64,000 nucleotides of DNA from Octopus sinensis (GCF_006345805.1 NC_043004.1:12524001-12588000), one strand, 5' to 3'. Numbered from the stretch's first letter, positions 1 through 12,369 are shown. Notes: generated by a model not told the origin, from the sequence alone. Numbers and translations are program-made.

Positions 1-43
1 GCTTGCTTAGCCGGCGTTATATATATATATATTATATATATTA

Positions 44-133
<90 letters not shown>

Positions 134-379
134 GAAATTTGAATTTAGTTCACGGACCCACTTACTACCTTTCCGGACCACCAGGGGTCCACGAACCCCA
201 GGTTGTGGACCACAGAACTAGAGTCTACGATAATGCTTCTACGTAGTCGTTCGGCTTGTTTAGAAATAACAGACGAATCTTTCTCATATCTCTTTCCGTC
301 ATCTTAAAAATATTGGTCTTCTTAGACAATGCCCTTCTAGATTATTATTTTTTTCTTTTCTTTTTAGTTAAACACTTAG

Positions 380-439
380 AGTGGAAAAGAAGCCATACTT
401 ATGATCATTTGCAAGGCCGCCGAAAGTTGTGAGAGAAAA
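380..439 (+). CDS. Candidate 60-nt host exon (SGKEAILMIICKAAESCERK)
   Basis: Polypyrimidine tract at 345-365, AG at 378-379, donor AAAA|GTAAGT at 440. Open only from the second AG; phase 0-0 and compatible with the exon at 2398. No protein recognised. Confidence 0.3.
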
Positions 440-1596
440 GTAAGTACTTATCCTCAGTCTCACGATCATACCCGTAATTACAATAGACCGTATACTATTA
501 GAAGCATCCAGGAGACTAGAAGGGTGGCGTTTAAAGAGACGACGGATTAAGTCTCAATAAAATTCGGATGAATATGTCTGAACAGTAGAGGAATTGGAGT
601 TAAGGTCAAAATTCCTTGTGTTATGCCTCTACTCCCGCTCTCTGCACTCCATGTTCCAATTTTCCTTTCCATTGCTTCAAGGGCCGATAACTCCCGAGGT
701 TTGCTTAATGAAATGATACAAAGACAACAAAAACAGCAGTGATAATAGCAACAACAGGTCTGTGCAAAAATGGTCATCATGATTGATTGATAGCAAGGTT
801 TATTTTATGTAATACAGGCTGGTGTGCATCTCTTTAGAACTAATGCGTCCCTTTAGAACAACTTAAAAAGGAAAGATGCAGCATCATATCGGTGAACCCC
901 CTCCCCTAGATGACTTTCTTGAGAAGTACATAATAAATCTTATAGAAAATTTCTTAAAGAATATAAAGGTGGTGTTCCGATGTTATCCTTCGGATATTTT
1001 CAAGAAGACACATTTAGCCGGCTGTAGCCATTTGGTGGTGAATTGACAGAAATTGGTGAGTGTACGATAGAATATCTCGCAATATTTTTCCGATACTTTT
1101 CGTTTTGCACTCAAATCCGACCGAGTCCAACATTGCCTTTTACTTTTTCGGAGCCGATTGAAAAATAAACCAATCCAAGCCGCTGGTTTAAAGGAACTGT
1201 AAAACAGATCGAATGTCTAGCAGCCTTTTGCGTTCTCTATACAAATCCGTCCTTGGTCTACTTGTATGGTGCACTTAATCTTTCTTCCAGTTAAATACCA
1301 CCACCTAGAATCTTGGTTGCCTTTGGCACAATCCACTTTGTCACAATCATATTATGTCACCATTTTTATCATCATATCTAGGTGCAACTTTACGAGACCT
1401 CCATAATTGGAGGTCTCGTAAAAGGCCAAGGGCGTTTCCTTTCTTCGTGTAAGAAAGATTGAACCTAGTTTATAAATAGGTATTTACCGAACCTTGAAGC
1501 GATGAAAAGCAAAACTGGAACCTAGAGTGCAGAGAGCTGGAGCGGAAGCATAAAACAAAGAACTTTCAGTCTACTTGCTCACCATGTTTATAAATA

Positions 1597-1785
1597 GGCG
1601 TAGGAGTGGCTGTGTAGTAAGTAGCTTGCTTACCAACCACATGGTTCCGGGTTCAGTCCCACTGCGTGGCACCTTGGGCAAGTGTCTTCTACTATAGCCT
1701 TGGGCCGACCAAAGCCTTGCGAGTAGGTTATGTAGACGGAAACTGAAAGAAGCACGTCGTATATATGCATATGTTTTATATATAT

Positions 1786-1825
<40 letters not shown>

Positions 1826-2048
1826 CGTGTGCGTATATGTTGGTGTGTCTGTGTTTGTCTCCCATCATCGCTTCACAACCGATGCTGCTGTGTTTACATC
1901 TCCGTAACTTAGCGGTTCGGCAAAAGAGACCGATAAAATAAGTACTAGGCTTACAAAGAATAAGTCCCGGGGTCGATTTGCTCGAGTTAAGGCGGTGCTT
2001 CAACATGGCTACAGTCAAATGACTGAAACAAGTAAAAGAGTTAAAGAA
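1597..2048 (+). mobile_element. tRNA-derived SINE, family A
   Basis: GGCGTAGGAGTGGCTGTGT head with A box and GGTTCAGTCCC B box, internal (TA)/(TG) tract, tail ...GACTGAAACAAGTAAAAGAG. At least nine copies in the window. Confidence 0.85.
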
Positions 2049-2397
2049 TGTTATATGTACGACACTAACCGCAGTTCAAATTTTTTTAAGCAGATATAAA
2101 CGTGTTCGTATTTATAGCAGTTTCCCAGCATTCTAAAATATTCCAGCATTCTAAATAACTGAATTCCCATTATGCTGTGAACTAGATGGCTGTATAGAAG
2201 TAGTAAATGTAATTAATGTTGTCAGTCATTGTGGTATTGCTGTGTTTGTAGTTAATAAGAAAATACAGAGACAAGCGATTTGCTGTTCACAGGCACAGTG
2301 CTGCAGCTGCTGCTGTTGTTGTTGCTGGTGTTGTTGTCGTTGCTGTTGTTGTTGTTGTTACTCTTGTTACTGTTTATTTTTTCTTATTTACCCTCAG

Positions 2398-2486
2398 GAC
2401 AGCTCTGACCGAACAGACATTTTAAGTGAAGACATTCTAAACATGATTTTGACTCGTCTTCAGGCAAACTGTAAAAGTATAGTAAA
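2398..2486 (+). CDS. Candidate 89-nt host exon (DSSDRTDILSEDILNMILTRLQANCKSIV)
   Basis: Acceptor TTTTCTTATTTACCCTCAG, donor AAA|GTAAGT, open frame, non-repetitive sequence. Confidence 0.5.
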
Positions 2487-2557
2487 GTAAGTTTCCTGCA
2501 CACTAATGTCTCGAGTCCTACGACTCGGGGGCTGATTCTCCGATTCCCATAGCTAAT

Positions 2558-3427
2558 AAATGACCAGGGTCATTTGAATGACCAAGGCTGATTATCCGGT
2601 TTATAAATGACCAAGGTTGATAATCCAGCTTACAAATGACTAAGGCTGATTATCCGGTTTATAAATGATCAGAGCTGATTATCCCGTTTATAAATTACCA
2701 AGGTTGCTTATCCGGCTTATAAATGACCAAGGTTGATAATCCAGCTTACAGATGACCAAGGATGATTATCCGATTTATAAATGACCAAGATTGATTATCC
2801 GGCTTATAAATGACCAAGGTCGATTATCCGGTTTACAAATGACCAAGACTGATTATCCCGTTTATAAATGACCAAGGTCGATTATCCGGTTTACAAATGA
2901 CCAAGGCTGATTATCCCGTTTATAAATGACCCAGATTGATTATCCGGTTTATAAATGACCAAGGTTGATAATCCAGCTTACAGATGACCAAGGCTGATTA
3001 TCCGGTTTACAAATGACCAAGGCTGATTATCCCGTTTATAAATTACCAAGGTTGCTTGTCCGGCTTATAAATTACCGAGGTTGATAATCCAACTTACAAA
3101 TGACCAAGGCTGGATATCCGGTTTATAAGTGACCAAAGCTGATTATCCCGCATATAAATTACCAAGGCTGATTATCCGGCTTATAAATTACCGAGGTTGA
3201 TAATACAACTTACAAATGACCAAGGCTGGATATCCGGTTTATAAGTGACCAATGCTGATTATCCCGTATATAAATTACCAAGGCTGATTATCCGGCTTAT
3301 AAATGACCAAGGTTGATAATCCAGCTTACAAATGACCAAGGCTGATTATCCGGTTTACAAATGACCAAGACTGATTATCCCGTTTATAAATTACCAAGGT
3401 TGCTTGTCCGGCTTATAAATTACGCAC
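2558..3427. repeat. 29-bp minisatellite, about 30 units, with a 116-bp higher-order period
   Basis: Unit consensus AAATGACCAAGGCTGATTATCCGGTTTAT; four unit variants recur in order. Confidence 0.95.
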
Positions 3428-3624
3428 TGGAGTCGATGTAATCGACTTAATCCCTTTGTCTGTGCTTGTTTGTCCCTAGCCACTAAGCCACTCGCCTACT
3501 CAAACCAAAGATTTATAAAACATGGTTTTTCCATCATTTTTTTATATCTAAGATGACATTGCCTAATTTCTCAATCCATTTTTTTAAAGCAGAGACTGCT
3601 TCAGTGTTTCCTTAATATTAGGGT

Positions 3625-4670
3625 GGTAATGGTGGTGGTGGTGGGGCCGGTAGTGTGATGGTCATGGGGATGGTGATGATGGTGGTGGTGGTGATGGTGG
3701 TAGAAGTAGCGTAATGGTGGTGATGGAGGTGTTGGTATTGCTGGCGAGAGTGACGGCGATGATGTGAGGATGGGGTTCGGGGTGATGCTGGCGGTGCTGA
3801 CGCGATGATAAGACGATGATGGTGGTGGGCTGGTGGTGGTGGTGGTGGTGGTGGGCTGGTGGTGGTGGTGGTGGTGGTGGGCTGGTGGTGGTGGTGGTGG
3901 TGGTGGTGGTGGTGGTGGTGGTGGTGGTGGTAGCATTATGGTAGTGCTGTTGAGATGATGGTGATAATGGTGGTGATGGTGATGGTGGTTGTAGTGATGG
4001 TGGAGGTGGCGGTATCGATGATTGTTGTCGAAGATCTTTGTAGAGAGATAATGGTACTTGGCAGCACAACAAGGCGGCGGCGATACTAAGAGAAGTTAGA
4101 ATCCATTAATTCATTGAATTAACCAAAAAGAGATATTCTTCATTTAAAGATTCCTCGACCACCCCTCCCTAAAGTAAAAGAGGCAAAACACCACCACCAC
4201 CACAACCATCACCACCACCAGCTCCACCGGGACTAACCATAATCTTCAACACCATCACCTTCGTCGTCTCCACAGCAACTATTACTATAAAGCAACAACA
4301 ACTATAACAACAACACACTATAAAGCAACAACACACATTCAAGCAACAACTTTGTATGAATGATAGTTGGACGATGGAGGGGGAATGGTCATGGGTGGAG
4401 CGGGAGAGAGGGCTTTGATTTATTCCCACACAGCTAAAGTTATTGAGACTGTCGGTAGAATTTCTCAAATGGATAATGATGATGATGGTGGGGGCGAAGT
4501 TGATGATGATGAAGATGATGATGAAGATGATGGTGATGATGATGATGATGAATGATATTGGTGACGATGATGATGATGATAGGGGTGAGGACGATGACGA
4601 TCACAACAATGATGTTGATGATGAGGATGATGATGATGATGATGATGAAGGTGATGATGATGGTGATGAC
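3625..4670. repeat. GGT/GAT/CAC/CAA trinucleotide low-complexity block
   Basis: Direct reading; generates the poly-P/H/T/D ORFs in the track. Confidence 0.9.
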
Positions 4671-4800
4671 TTAATCTGTAATATAGGCGGAAAAAATGTG
4701 ATAGACAACGTCTATCATAGAGTCAATGCATTAAAATATATTTGTAAGAATACGTACGCATGTATGCACTTATGTATATATGCGCGTATATGCGCGTATG

Positions 4801-4832
<32 letters not shown>

Positions 4833-5227
4833 CGCACACTCGCACTCGACACACTCACGCACACACCACATGCACACACACAAATATATAAATATATATG
4901 TATATATACTTGGAAAAGGATGCGTCTCGTTTAATTAAATAATAAATGATAAATAATATATAATACGTGTGTGTGTGCGTGTGCAAGCATACATATATCT
5001 ATACACATGCATATAGAGGTAAAGGACGTCACCAGGCTGCAAATAACATGAAATACGTAAACGAATGAGGAGCAAAACCAAGTGAACTATTTAAACAACG
5101 AGGGAAAAAAGCAAGTTAACACAGTTGTCGGCTGTGTAATGCTCGAAATGAGGAATAGATAGAGAGCCGACAAGTGTTAACTTGTCCTGTTTTCCTTATA
5201 TATATATATATATAATATATATATATC

Positions 5228-5410
5228 GCCATATATCGCTAGCCTCTGCGCGCATATTTTTCTCTCTCCTTGTTTCTTTCTGTTTCTTTTCTGTGTATCT
5301 TTCTGTTGAAGAGCGTAGGCTCGAAATGTAAAAGACTTGTTTTATTTATATTCCTGAGCGCCATACTAATACAATTGTTTGTTTGTATTCCACCTGCCTT
5401 CGTCTTTTTT
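5228..5410 (+). mobile_element. PLE-type terminal repeat fragment with a hammerhead-like variant (family 3)
   Basis: TCTTT-CTGTTGA-A-GAGC gtag GCTC-GAAA-TGT-A-AAAGA at 5298-5335; a homologous copy lies on the - strand at 48700-48885. Confidence 0.55.
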
Positions 5411-5429
5411 TATTTCATAAAGCTTCCCG

Positions 5430-5474
<45 letters not shown>

Positions 5475-5477
<3 letters not shown>

Positions 5478-6861
5478 TATTATAAAAGGCATATTTTATC
5501 TGCCTCCCTTTGTAAGTTATAGAAATCTACAATATAGGATTTCTTCAATTACAATTTACCTAGCATTTTTAAGAGTAGAATGCATCGGGTCATGCCAGGT
5601 CCAGTTTTAAAAATTTAAACTCCAATTAAGCAAAATTTACAGAAAACTCACATTCTGGTGTGTATGTCAAATGCTTTTCTTAGTCTGGTTTACAGCACAC
5701 GCAAACGCACACACACAGTGTGCAACGAATAAAATGAAAGTAAATAGCGACAGAGTGATTTGAGGAAGACTAAACTGAAAGTATTTAAACCACTACTCAA
5801 AAATAAAAAAACAACAGCAAACAGAAACAAATAAATACATAACGATTTACTCCTCACACAATTTCTTCAATTAGAATTTACCTAAGATTTTTCAAAGTAC
5901 TCCATTCGCTCATGCCATAATATATTTCTTTCAATTTCACCCCCAATTAAGACAAAATTCGAGAAAACTCAATATTTTAACATTTCACTCCGAAAGCATT
6001 GATGTACATGTATGCGTGCGTGAGTGTGTGTGTGTGTGTGTGTGTTTGATGGGTTGTGCGACACAGAAAGTGTGGTGTGTAAGTGAAGTGCTTTTGTTAG
6101 TGTGTGTAAAGAGACAGACAGAGTGAAAGACAGAAATAACTGAAGTTTTCACTATGATATCATCACGTGCGAAAAAATTCGAAGGGTTTTGAACAATTGA
6201 GATACAGATGTCACGCCTGTATTGAAACCATTGCTAAGCTGCCGTAATTGCTTAATTAAGACTTTGTTTAAATTGAAAGGGGCAAATATGTGACGAGGTT
6301 GAAAAAAATACCCCAGAAAAAAAATGTACTGCTGGTATTTATATAATTCACTACTATTTTGCTACAATGTCATGAAAAAGAAAAATTAGGTATGTAAATC
6401 GAATTCGCCACCCCCTTTTCCCCGTTCGAGTTTGTGTAAAAAAATTATTATTTAAGTTTTAAAAATTATTTACTTTGTTCAAAAAATATTAATATTAATT
6501 AATTTTCAAGAATTATTTAATTTTATTCTGTAAAATAGTAATTAATTCATTTATCTGTAAATCCGCGAGGTTGTTACTCAGGCACCTAGAATGGTAACCT
6601 TCAACTAACACTATCTCCTCCGAGACCCTGCGGCGCAAGTTGACATAAAATTCAAATCGGACCATGTTAACACCAAAAATTATTTACATCAAAAAGATGC
6701 TTTTTTCTATGAAAATCCCTATTTTTTACGATTTTTTCACTGCTGTGTCGCCACTTTTCGGTGTATTTCGACCAGAAAAATGTTCACAAAATTTTTACTT
6801 TTCAAAATTACAATTCCAGCGGGTCGAAACAAACCCGAGCAACGCCGGGCGATACTGCTAG
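5475..6861 (+). mobile_element. Non-autonomous Helitron
   Basis: A|TCTTATTATAAAAGGCA 5' end; 3' hairpin CCCGAGC-AAC-GCCGGG then GATACTGCTAG|T; inserted at an A/T dinucleotide within (TA)n. Confidence 0.8.
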
Positions 6862-6908
6862 TATATATATATATATATATAAATTGTATATATATACATA
6901 TAGTGAAT

Positions 6909-7215
6909 GCGCATGGCTCAGGGCTTAGAGCGTCGAGCTCACGATCGTAAGATTGTGAGTTCGATTCCCGGACCGGGCTGCGCGTTGTGTTCTTGAGCAA
7001 GACACCTTATTTCACGTTCCTCCAGTTCACTCAGGTGTAGAAATGAGTTGCGACGTCAATGATGCGAAGCTGTATCAGTCTTTGCCCTTTCCTTTGGATG
7101 ACATCGAGGGCGTGGAGAGGGAAAGCTGGTATGCATAAGCGACTTGCCCGGACTTGTGCCTCGGAGGGTAACATTCTACGTGCGATCCCATGATCATTCA
7201 TGACCGAAGGGAGTT
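6909..7215 (+). mobile_element. tRNA-derived SINE, family C
   Basis: GCGCATGGCTCAG A box, GAGTTCGATTCCC B box, body TTCTTGAGCAAGACAC...; second copy at 50957. Confidence 0.85.
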
Positions 7216-7242
7216 TCCTCCTCGTCATATACACACACACAT

Positions 7243-7316
<74 letters not shown>

Positions 7317-8430
7317 GGCTTACAAAGAATAAGTCCTAGGGTTGAATGTTTCGACTAAAGGTGGTGCTCCAGCATGGCCACAGTCAAATGACTGAAACAA
7401 GTACAAGAATAAAAGAATATATATATATGCAGAGAGAGGGAGAGAGAGAGAGAGAGAGAGAGAGGGAAAGAGGGAGAGAGCAGTAGAGAGATACATCCAT
7501 ATGCATCTTCGAACGTATGTATACGTATATATATATATGACTGTTTGTGAATGAATATGTACTTCTATACTTATGTGTATCTGTGTGCTTGTACGCATGT
7601 ATGTGCGTGTCTTTGTGTATGTATGTGAATCTGTGTGTGTGTGTGTTTCTGTATATGAGTGCGTGCGTACGACAGCAGAGTTCGGGGTTTTGGTGCTTCT
7701 GTCGCCGTTGTTTTGTATTTTACGTTAACGGTGACGAACGTGTTGGCGTCAGAGTGACACTCGTTATTGTTGCTGTTGATGTCGGGGACGATGGCGCGCG
7801 TACGGGGTACAAGAGGTGGTTTTAAAAATCTTCCTCCGAACAAGATAAGTATTTTGTCATTTGTACAAGTTTTCTTGACTTATGTTCGAAAGAGATTAAC
7901 CTTCGTCAACAACACAGCAACAAAAGAAATATAACCAACAAGACCCAACCACAATCGTAGAAGCCGAAACGCCAGGAACTAGACCGACAACAACAACAAC
8001 GACAACCGCTAAGATGGCGATAGAACGACAAAACAAGCAGTCTAAAGATGTTTTTATCTCGAATGCGTATCCATCCAGGCGCCTGTACGTTGCTGTCTTT
8101 CTCTACGTTAATCCTCTGCAGTTCACTCGGTGCTCAGCTTTGAGATCAGTAACCTGTACGTTTGCGATAAATTATTTATTATACATGCACACACACGCAC
8201 ACGCATGCACACACACACACAAACACACACACACACACACACACTATAATAGCGTGTGCACGTATGTGTGTATACATATTTGCTAGTTGTCTCCTTTTTT
8301 CTCTATATTTGTGTGTGTGTCAATAAATAAACATATTTATGTGCATGTGTGTATTTATATATATAGATGCATATATATATTCATAGATATATACACACAT
8401 ATATATATATACATATATATATATATATGA

Positions 8431-8468
<38 letters not shown>

Positions 8469-9108
8469 TATATATATGTATATATATATGTACATACATA
8501 GATACATATATACATATGTATATATATGTGCATATATACACATGTGTATGTGCACGTGTGTATTTATGTATGTATGCTTGATGTATACGTATAAATGAAA
8601 AGAGTATGAAACAGTACACTCTTTTTACACGACTAAAAGCATTTTGCTACGACGATATTTTGAGTGCAAAGCTCTTATTCATTTCGAAATGGAGTTAAAT
8701 TTAAATTCGAATTCCTATTGGTCGAGCAAGACCACGAGAGACAATAGTGTAAAAGAAGAAGACCTGAGATCGTGTATAGAAATTTGTATAGATCCTAAAA
8801 TTTAGCAGGATCCTGCCCTGTAATCTTCATCGACTTATTATTCATTCAGAAATGGTAGGCGGCTGCTGTAAAGAAATTTTCCCGCATCCTGTCAGGTTTT
8901 TGAAACGCTATAATTTTTTAACTGATATAATGTAAATGTTTGAACTGCAAATCATTTGCTTAATCAATACACCAAGATAAATTCAAATTGATATATTGTT
9001 TTTGATAAAATGCATAAAGGTATGTGAATCAGAAGTGTGAATAAAAGAAGTTGCGGTATTACAAACGATTCTTTGTTATAAAGCAGCTGACAATTTTCTA
9101 ATACTTAC

Positions 9109-9149
9109 TTTCTCTGGTGGCAAAGTTCAGCGTGCAATGCCTGCACAGC
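9109..9149 (-). CDS. Candidate 41-nt host exon (AVQALHAELCHQR or LCRHCTLNFATRE)
   Basis: Acceptor TTTCTTTCTGCTTGTAATTTGTAG and donor AAA|GTAAGT on the - strand; two frames are open. Confidence 0.4.
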
Positions 9150-9189
9150 CTACAAATTACAAGCAGAAAGAAATTTATTGAAAGTTAGA

Positions 9190-9593
9190 ATTTATAAGAT
9201 TATCATTATCATTATCATTATTATCATTATTATCATTATTATCATTATTATCATTATTATCATTATTATCATTATTATCATTATTATCATTATTATCATT
9301 ATTATCATTATTATCATTATTATCATTATTATCTTATTATCATTATTATCATTATTATCATTATTATCATTTATCATTATTATCATTATTATCATTATTA
9401 TCATTATTATCATATTATCATTATTATCATTATTATCATTATTTCATTATATCATTATTATCATTATTATCTTATTATCATTATTATCATTATTATCATT
9501 ATTATCATTATTATCATTATTATTATCATTATTATTATTATTATTATATTATCATATTATTATCATTATCATTATCATTATCATATCATTATC

Positions 9594-9640
<47 letters not shown>

Positions 9641-9659
9641 TATATTATTATTATTATTA

Positions 9660-9696
<37 letters not shown>

Positions 9697-9697
9697 G
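9190..9697. repeat. (ATT)/(ATCATT) microsatellite
   Basis: Direct reading. Confidence 0.95.
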
Positions 9698-10250
9698 AGT
9701 GAGAGAGCAGTTCATGCCATCAAAGTGACACTGGGGTAAAATATACGAAGCCCAGTATACCCATCATGACTACCCGTCTGATAAGGGTACACCAGGCACA
9801 TGCATCACAACCATATGTGCGCGACATGGTGATCTCATATCAAGATAAACAGCACATGACCTTGCAGGTGGAGCCCAGTTAGAATTTTCTTCAGATCGAG
9901 TAACCCATCCCGCTCAAAGGGTCCCTGAATAAGGGTTGTTTAAGGACGTTGAACGAAACACCCATGTTTCCAGAGGTGAATTATTTAAACCCCAAAGAAT
10001 CCTTCTCAATACATGGCTATGATGCTCCCCCACTACTTCTGCTCGTGATCAGAGATGCACATATCGTCAGCCACTAAGGGACATGCTCAACTGGTTAAGG
10101 TCAAACAACTGACAAGCAAATCTGTGGTATTGAGCAGAATATTTGCTGTAGCCCATCTTTTATACCAAGACAAAACAATGTACATGATAACACTTCCAAT
10201 CAGTTAAGATCAGAAGCCATGAGAGCCACTGCCTGGTACTGCACCAGGGC

Positions 10251-10253
<3 letters not shown>
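9698..10253 (-). mobile_element. About 555-bp non-coding interspersed repeat (element E) flanked by (AAT)n
   Basis: A closely similar reverse-complement copy lies at 58911-59450; AAT tracts on both sides of both copies. Confidence 0.85.
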
Positions 10254-10325
<72 letters not shown>

Positions 10326-10565
10326 TCACTGCTTGGAATCGAACTCGGAATCTTGGGGTTAGTAACTCGCGCCATATACCCACGAGCATATGTCGTAGTG
10401 GTTAAGAGTAGTGAGGAATGAGAACCCGGGTTCGAAATTTCCCCAATACACATAAAGAAGACTGGAGTGTATATCAGCCGAAACGTTGCGTTAACAACAA
10501 ACAAGATGAGGACAAATATGCGTCAATTGGAAATAAATGTAAATAATGTACATAATTCCTCATCT
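10254..10565. mobile_element. Head-to-head pair of tRNA-(AAT)n-HHR cassette fragments
   Basis: - strand 10376-10321 is a tRNA-like head with B box followed by (AAT)n. + strand 10378-10565 is the CCCACG leader, A box and a decayed HHR tail homologous to 59505-59635. Confidence 0.75.
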
Positions 10566-10848
10566 GCAAGTAAGAGAATAATTAAAGAAAAAAAAATGTC
10601 TATGGCGGCAAGATAGCAGAATCGTTAGCACGCCGAGCAAAATTGCTTAACCGTATTTCGTCCGTCTTTACTTTCTGAGTTCAAATTCTGCCGAGGTCGA
10701 CTTCAGTTTTTATCCTTTCGGAGGTAGACAAAAAATAAGTACCAGTTGAATACTGGGGTTACTGTAATTAACTTGCAGCCTCCCCCAAAGTTGCTGGCCT
10801 TGTTCTATAGTTTGAAACGCGTTTACACACACTCTGCAAATATGATAA

Positions 10849-11020
10849 ACGTAGGAGTGGCTGTGTGGTAAGTAGCTTGCTTACCAACCACATGGTTCAG
10901 GGTTCAGTCCCACTGCGTGGCACCTTGGGCAAGAGTTTTCTACTATAGCCTCGGGTCGAACAAAGCTCTGCGAGTGGATTTGGTAGACGGAAACTGAAAG
11001 AAGCTCGTCGTATATATATA

Positions 11021-11063
<43 letters not shown>

Positions 11064-11270
11064 GTTTGTGCGTCTGTGTTTGTCACCCTACCATCGCTTG
11101 ACAACCGATGTTGGTGTGGTTACGCCCCTGTAACTTAGCGGTTCGGCAAAAAAAGACGATGGAACGAGTACTAGCTTTATAAAGAATAAGTCCTGGGGTC
11201 GATTTGTTCGACTAAAGGCGTTGCTCCAGTATGGCCGCAGTCAAACGATTGAAACAAATAGGAGAGAGTG
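10849..11270 (+). mobile_element. tRNA-derived SINE, family A
   Basis: Homologous to 1597-2048. Confidence 0.85.
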
Positions 11271-11559
11271 AAAAAAGAATGAAAAAAGAATGAATCGCAC
11301 GGACTTCCAACTTGTATGTATTCCTTCACTATTATGTTTGCCTCGTATAAAATGAAATGTCTGTATCTGCAAACGTACATTTGATAACCGGGACATGCAG
11401 ATGTGCTTCAGGAGGACACAGCTTGGATTAGAATCCTTTCGCGACATATTCGAATTTGTAACCAACCATCCTATAATCACCAGGACGATCAATACTCTAG
11501 TCACCTTTATCCTGTATCAGCACCATCCTCTCGGCACCGACAGTCTTCAGCTTCAAATG

Positions 11560-12111
11560 GGCCCTTATCATCATCATCGTCATCATCATCATCATCATTA
11601 TCCTTATCATTATTATTTTCATCGCCATCATCACTGTACTCCTCCCCTCCTCCTCCTCACTATCATCATCATTATCGTCGTCGTCGTCGTCCTCCTCCTC
11701 CTCCTCCTCCTATTTATCTCTCCATCATCATTATCCTCCTTCTCCTCTTCATCATTATCGTCATCTCCATCATCAAAGCTTCTTCAGCCTTATTCATCTG
11801 TTCCTCCACTCTTCTCCTCCATTCTTCTCCTCCATCATCACCTTCATCATCATCATAATCATCATCATCATCATCACCATCATCATCATCTTTGTAATCT
11901 TCATCAATGTCCTCCCGTGCCTCTTCTCCCCCGGTAGTGCTTCTTTTTCTACCCCCTCTTCCTCCTTCAGATCCTTCATCTCTACATCGTCATCATCGCC
12001 AACATCGTCATCACTATCATCATCATCGTCATAATTTCCAAAACCAACACCACTACCATCAATCACCTGCAACCGCTATTGTTATAATCCCTTATCATCA
12101 TCATCATCGCT

Positions 12112-12175
<64 letters not shown>

Positions 12176-12283
12176 CTACACCGTTCTACCACCAGTAGTA
12201 GTAGCAGCAGCAGTAACAGCAGTAGTTGTGGTGGTGGGGAAATAGTACCAGCTGTAGCAGCAAGTGACTGAGTCGTCGTCGTC

Positions 12284-12323
<40 letters not shown>

Positions 12324-12369
12324 CTGTAGAAGCAGTAGTAGTATTAGCAGCAGCAGTAGCAGTAGTAGT

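Noticed and set aside
2558-3427. CRISPR-like regular array
   Set aside because: Units are contiguous with no unique spacers, there are no cas genes, and the context is eukaryotic.
3538-3610. - strand terminal exon NTEAVSALKKWIEKLGNVILDIKK*
   Set aside because: Poor polypyrimidine tract; AT-rich sequence readily yields such peptides by chance.
3601-4934. Poly-P/H/T/D/M ORFs of 99-163 aa
   Set aside because: Translations of trinucleotide repeats; open in several frames on both strands, with no splice or domain support.
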